Below, piece after piece: positions 55,835 to 59,637 of a stretch of 59,637 bases of DNA. Position 1 is the first letter of the stretch. The number at the start of each line of letters is the position of its first letter. The translations under genes were made by a program, and so were the position numbers. Under the pieces are notes generated by a model. The model did not search any database. It was not told the origin of the DNA and saw only the letters and a program-made list of their open reading frames with translations. Location: IMG/VR virus record IMGVR_UViG_3300037851_000119, positions 1 to 59,637 of that record; one strand, written 5' to 3'. This DNA comes from a virus.

Positions 55835-55860
55835 AGAAGGGCCCCGCCAGGGGCCCTTCT
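55835..55860 (+). terminator. Perfect 11-bp GC hairpin, possible terminator or RNA stabiliser
   Basis: AGAAGGGCCCC-gcca-GGGGCCCTTCT. No clear U tract. Confidence 0.45.
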
Positions 55861-55877
55861 CCTATGAGGATCAAGAA

Positions 55878-56195
55878 ATGAGCATGAGTGATACCGAATT
55901 GGATGCCGCGATCGCCGCCTGCCCTTACGAGAAGGTGACGAAGGTGATGATCGAGGAGCGCATCGACGGGACTGAGTACATCGTCCTGCCGAACAGCACC
56001 GTGACCGTCTGCAAGCTGACCATGCAGAACGGCTACACAGTGATCGGGGAGTCTGCCTGCGTGGACGCCCGCAACTTCAATCTGGAGATCGGCCGCCAGA
56101 TCGCCTACCGGAACGCCGTTGACAAGATCTGGCAACTGGAAGGCTACCTGATGGCCGAGCGCAAGTGGATTCGTGAACAAGGAGCAAAGGCATGA
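55878..56195 (+). CDS. N4 Gp49 / Sf6 gp66 family protein
   Basis: TVCKLTMQNGYTVIGESACVDARNFNLEIGRQIAYRNAVDKIWQLEGY matches the family as I remember it. Confidence 0.65.
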   Translation: MSMSDTELDAAIAACPYEKVTKVMIEERIDGTEYIVLPNSTVTVCKLTMQNGYTVIGESACVDARNFNLEIGRQIAYRNAVDKIWQLEGYLMAERKWIREQGAKA

Positions 56196-56584
56196 AACTC
56201 AAGAGCAAGCTGCCGATCCGCCGAAACGGCGAACCCGTCAAGGCGTTTTCCTACGGCAAGGCCGTGTACCAGATCATCGACGGGATCTGCGAGGTTCCTG
56301 ACGAGATAGCCGAACGACTGATCAATACCGGCAACTTCGAGGCGGCCGGCAAGCCAGTCGGCGGCGTTGGCGGCAAGGTCGAGGCCGGGCCCCAGGTGGT
56401 TCTGGCTGGAGCAGTCGTGGCCGGCAAGGACAAGGACGGCGATGGCGTCATTGAACTTGAGGAAATGAGCAAGAACGGCCTCCTTGCCATTGCTGCCGAC
56501 ATGGGCATCGAGATCAACGCCAGCGCCAAGAAGGAGGCCATCATCATGGCCATCCGCAAGGTCGAGATCGAGCGGGGCGCCTGA
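56192..56584 (+). CDS. Hypothetical protein with an EF-hand-like loop and a C-terminal HeH/Rho-N-like motif
   Basis: DKDGDGVIELEE fits the 12-residue EF-hand loop. The helix-extended-helix-like part is LLAIAADMGIEINASAKKEAIIMAIRK. Confidence 0.45.
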   Translation: MKLKSKLPIRRNGEPVKAFSYGKAVYQIIDGICEVPDEIAERLINTGNFEAAGKPVGGVGGKVEAGPQVVLAGAVVAGKDKDGDGVIELEEMSKNGLLAIAADMGIEINASAKKEAIIMAIRKVEIERGA

Positions 56585-57039
56585 TGATCATCACGACCGA
56601 GCAATACCTGATGGGCAGGGATGCGCGGTTCCCCGGGGATCTCACAGACGAGATCCTGGCCAACATCCGCGATCTTCTGCCGCGGGTGAACATGCTCATC
56701 CAGTTGGCGGCCGTCGAGGGCGTCACCTTCGAGATCAGTCCAAGGACGAAGACGATCCTGACGAGCGGCTGGCGTCCTCCGGCGATCAACGAGGCGACCC
56801 ATGGGGCCGCACCGATGAGTACGCACATGGCCGGCCAGGGCATCGACATCTACGACCCGAACGATGGCGATCTGGACGACTGGCTCTGGAAGAATCAGCA
56901 CGTTCTGGGCCGCCCTGACATCAACCTCTACATGGAGCATCCCAGCGCCACGAAGGGCTGGGCCCATCTGCAAAGCCGGGTTCCGAAATCGCAGCGGAAT
57001 CTTCCGATGAACGCACGGAGAAGGTGGTTCTACCCATGA
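56584..57039 (+). CDS. Peptidase M15-type endolysin
   Basis: SGWRPPAINEATHGAAPMSTHMAGQGIDIYD...WAHLQ is the zinc D-Ala-D-Ala / L-Ala-D-Glu peptidase pattern. Confidence 0.75.
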   Translation: MIITTEQYLMGRDARFPGDLTDEILANIRDLLPRVNMLIQLAAVEGVTFEISPRTKTILTSGWRPPAINEATHGAAPMSTHMAGQGIDIYDPNDGDLDDWLWKNQHVLGRPDINLYMEHPSATKGWAHLQSRVPKSQRNLPMNARRRWFYP

Positions 57040-57260
57040 ACATCAGACAACGCCGCAAATTGATTGGTCTTCTCAAGTCCAAACTTGGACATGCCGGCCT
57101 GTGGGTCGCCGTTCTTGGACAGGTGCAGGCCCAATCCGAGTTCCTAACCAAGAATCTATCTCCGGCACAGGTCGGCTGGCTGCTGTTCGTGGTCGGTGTT
57201 CTTGTGGTCGGACTGCGCTGGTACACCAGCCAGCCACTTGAAGACAAGGCCAAGAAATGA
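57036..57260 (+). CDS. Putative holin
   Basis: ATGA overlap with the endolysin. 74 aa with hydrophobic segments (VGWLLFVVGVLVVGL). Confidence 0.5.
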   Translation: MNIRQRRKLIGLLKSKLGHAGLWVAVLGQVQAQSEFLTKNLSPAQVGWLLFVVGVLVVGLRWYTSQPLEDKAKK

Positions 57261-57802
57261 TGAGGCGCTACGACGCAATCCTTGGCGCCTTGGCCGCTGC
57301 CCTGATCTGCGCCTTCGTCGCCTGGATCTTCTGGCCGAAGGATCGCCCGACAAATGTTGGGCAGGCAGAGGTTCTTGAGCCCGCCAAGGAAGTGAAGACG
57401 GTCGAGCGGATCATCGAGAAACCGAAGTACATCTACGTCTATCCGCAAGCGGCCAAGGAAGATCTCGGCCTGCCCGCTGGCGTGATCGGCAACGTCAACG
57501 CCAAGGTGACGGCTACCGGACACCTCGACGCGGAAGAGCGGCCATACACCCTATCTGCGGTTCTGGACACGGCAACCGGCGAGAGCCAAGTCTATGCCCG
57601 CCCGGATCCGCTGCCATGGATTGATCGCAATATCACTGGAGAGGTTGGTATGACCTACGGCGTGAAGGACGGCGAGGCAACTGGCCGACTCAGCCTGCGC
57701 CAGAACCTAGTCCAGATCAAGTCATTCCGTCTCGGCGGGTCAGCGACTCTTGACGATGACGGCCAATGGTACGCCGGGGCCGGCGCTTTCTATAGGTGGT
57801 GA
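57257..57802 (+). CDS. N-terminally membrane-anchored lysis-module protein
   Basis: The anchor is ILGALAAALICAFVAWIFW, followed by a soluble domain. Confidence 0.4.
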   Translation: MMRRYDAILGALAAALICAFVAWIFWPKDRPTNVGQAEVLEPAKEVKTVERIIEKPKYIYVYPQAAKEDLGLPAGVIGNVNAKVTATGHLDAEERPYTLSAVLDTATGESQVYARPDPLPWIDRNITGEVGMTYGVKDGEATGRLSLRQNLVQIKSFRLGGSATLDDDGQWYAGAGAFYRW

Positions 57803-57803
57803 T

Positions 57804-58289
57804 ATGTCGGGTGAAGTTCAGCCAGTAGTTGCTCATGTAATGGACTCCGGTGTTCCTGTGTGGACGATCATCCTTGGGATCATAGGCCTGATGGTCAACG
57901 TGATTATTGGCCTAATAGCCTGGACGATTAACACCAAGCTGGGCGATCTGCGCGATGCGATCTCAAGCCTTACAAAGGCCGATCAAGACCTATGGGAGGA
58001 TCTTCTGAAACTTGAGCGAGCCCATTCTGAGCGCATGTCGTTACTTGAGCGCGACCTTCACTCACACAAACTTGATGCGGCCAAGGCCTATACGCCGCTC
58101 GAGCAGCACAACAGGACGACAGAGGCCCTATTCGAGAAGATCGACAAGATGCAGGGCGCGATCATCGAGCAGGTACATGAACTATGCCGAAGCGTGAACC
58201 TGCGAATCGACTCTGTTGAAGGCCGTGCCGACCGCGGGGCCTATTGCTCACACACCTCTCGCGGAGGGATGAATGGCCACTCTGACTAG
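57804..58289 (+). CDS. TM plus coiled-coil protein (i-spanin-like)
   Basis: The TM segment is VWTIILGIIGLMVNVIIGLIAW, followed by heptad-like charged helices. Confidence 0.45.
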   Translation: MSGEVQPVVAHVMDSGVPVWTIILGIIGLMVNVIIGLIAWTINTKLGDLRDAISSLTKADQDLWEDLLKLERAHSERMSLLERDLHSHKLDAAKAYTPLEQHNRTTEALFEKIDKMQGAIIEQVHELCRSVNLRIDSVEGRADRGAYCSHTSRGGMNGHSD

Positions 58290-58890
58290 CTTTGCCAAGT
58301 ATGTCCGGCCCTATGTACCGGGCTGTCCTGAACCGATCCTTCTGGACGCCATCAAGGATGCTTGCGTCGAGTTCTGCAAGCGCACCCTGATCTTCACCAG
58401 GGACATCGAGATCGTCACCGTGATAGGCCAGCGGGCCTATGCCCCGTCATTGGCCGCAGAAGAGGCCCCGGAGCAGATCGAGATGATCGAGCGCGACACC
58501 TACGCCCTGGATGATTCCAGCTTCCATGAGTTTAAGGGAGACATCACCCTGCGCTCCGCTGGGACGCCGACCAAGTATTACCTAGACGAGAACGGCGACA
58601 TCGTTCTCGGGCCGATCCCTGACGCCATCGAGACGCTGGCGGCCACCGTGGCCATCAAGCCGGCCGAGGATGCTACGACCGTGCCAGACGCGCTCTTGTC
58701 GCATTGGAGCGAGTACATCGCTGCCGGCGCGAAGGCGGCCCTATTTGGCCAGGAGAATGTCGAGTGGGGCGATCCGACCAAGGCCGCGTCGAACGGAATG
58801 GCCTTCGATGAGGGCGTCAACAAAGCCCTGATGAAGCGGGCCCGCGGAGGGACGCGCAAGCGCCTCCGTACCGTCTCCCAATGGATGTAA
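58273..58890 (+). CDS. Head-tail adaptor-like virion protein
   Basis: GGAGGG lies upstream. KYVRPYVPGCPEPILLDAIKDACVEFCKRT resembles podovirus adaptor/neck proteins as I remember them. Confidence 0.5.
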   Translation: MATLTSFAKYVRPYVPGCPEPILLDAIKDACVEFCKRTLIFTRDIEIVTVIGQRAYAPSLAAEEAPEQIEMIERDTYALDDSSFHEFKGDITLRSAGTPTKYYLDENGDIVLGPIPDAIETLAATVAIKPAEDATTVPDALLSHWSEYIAAGAKAALFGQENVEWGDPTKAASNGMAFDEGVNKALMKRARGGTRKRLRTVSQWM

Positions 58891-58891
58891 C

Positions 58892-58907
58892 CGTATGCTG
58901 GCCTAGC
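58892..58907 (+). promoter_or_regulatory. Conserved motif CGTATGCTGGCCTAGC (copy upstream of 58962)
   Basis: Identical 16-mer to 12667-12682. Starts 2 nt after the upstream stop. Confidence 0.5.
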
Positions 58908-58961
58908 CTCGATACTCGGCCTGCCTAGTTTTAACCCTGAACGATCGAAAGGGCAGTCATC

Positions 58962-59522
58962 ATGCAAACCGAATCCTGTTTCCCCGGCGCCGTTGGTGAT
59001 GCCGCGATCCTGAAAGGGGTCGGCATCAACGAACAAGCCGACATGCACGGCCGCTACGAAATCACCTGCCGCGATGCTGACGGCAACGTGAAATGGGTTG
59101 ATTTCATCGAGAACCTTGTCACCACCGTTGGCAAGAACGACCTTCTGGACAAGTACCTCGCCGGCTCCGCTTACACGGCGGCGTGGTACATGGGCCTGAT
59201 CTCTTCCACGTCCTACACCACCGGCCCGGCCGTTGGCGACACCGCGGCTTCGCACGGCGGCTGGACGGAGGATGTTGCGTACTCCCAGGCAAGCCGCCCG
59301 ACCGCGGCGTGGTCTGCCGCTTCGGCCGGCTCGAAGTCCCTGAGTGCGGCCCTCCAGTTCTCGATCAACGGCACGACCACCATCAAGGGCTGCTTCCTGA
59401 TCAGCAACTCCACCAAGAGCGGCACGACCGGGATCTTGTACTCCGCCGGCCTCTTCTCTGGCGGCGACAAGGCCGTGGCCAACGGCGACACCCTCTCCGT
59501 CTCCTACACCGCCTCTGCTTAA
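58962..59522 (+). CDS. Virion/tail structural protein (186 aa)
   Basis: AAAGGG lies upstream. The ORF runs into the terminal overlap. Confidence 0.5.
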   Translation: MQTESCFPGAVGDAAILKGVGINEQADMHGRYEITCRDADGNVKWVDFIENLVTTVGKNDLLDKYLAGSAYTAAWYMGLISSTSYTTGPAVGDTAASHGGWTEDVAYSQASRPTAAWSAASAGSKSLSAALQFSINGTTTIKGCFLISNSTKSGTTGILYSAGLFSGGDKAVANGDTLSVSYTASA

Positions 59523-59637
59523 GGAGTAGCAAATGCCTGACATCATCCAGAACGGCGCCCAGGTGCGCCTGATCGTGCCCGTCATCGAGGGCGAGGTTAA
59601 GGAAGCCGCCATCATTTCAGGCGAGATCCAGTACCGG
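59511..59637. repeat. Terminal overlap copy, identical to 1-127
   Basis: Exact 127-nt match. It carries the truncated second copy of the 23-202 gene. Confidence 0.95.

Noticed and set aside
58012-58197. +1-frame ORF inside the i-spanin-like gene, beginning MSEPILSAC (a lipobox-like LSAC). It is a possible embedded Rz1-type o-spanin.
   Set aside because: Only 8 residues precede the Cys, so there is no credible signal peptide. The rest is Arg/Ser-rich and looks like out-of-frame translation.

Overview
**Overview.** The window is one complete, GC-rich temperate phage genome. It was assembled as a circle: bases 1-127 are identical to 59511-59637, so the unique length is 59510 bp.

**Gene modules, in order:**
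- Tail and fibre genes (23-8686). These include a protein with 22 exactly phased 60-nt repeats and three tandem tail-collar paralogs.
- Candidate internal or ejected virion proteins (9304-27525). A GNAT-like gene (8877-9314) sits just upstream and a PAPS-reductase-like gene (10362-11102) is interleaved. The block ends in a gene of about 4930 codons.
- attP, consisting of a tRNA-Val(CAC)-like 3' fragment flanked by AGCAGAA arm repeats, with int and xis.
- A leftward early operon (ssb, lambda-Bet-like recombinase, YqaJ-type exonuclease).
- A divergent cI-like / Cro-like immunity switch.
- A rightward replication and nin-like block.
- A 6-kb leftward block of about 20 small unknown genes (40528-46591).
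- Terminase, portal, scaffold, a CsrA-like gene, N4-gp56-type capsid, lysis and adaptor genes (46906-59522).

**Most unusual observation.** The giant gene carries DUF2958-like, N6-adenine methyltransferase, strawberry-notch/SNF2-type helicase and GNAT-like segments. It also carries four ORFs nested in its +1 frame, each led by a Shine-Dalgarno sequence. They sit exactly where the giant frame becomes Gly-rich and low-complexity. In those stretches the nested frame, not the giant frame, shows the genome's normal high third-position GC.

**Other signals:**
- A CGTATGCTGGCCTAGC-type motif recurs at late-gene boundaries.
- Four paralogous intercistronic GC hairpins have co-varying stems.
- A poly-C frameshift interrupts the first gene of the leftward block.
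- A CsrA-like ORF lies next to a capsid leader that presents GGA motifs.
- The replication gene contains iteron-like repeats plus a (CAGGAA)7 tract.

**Limits.** All functional calls come from motifs I recognise by eye. No database search or structure prediction was run.
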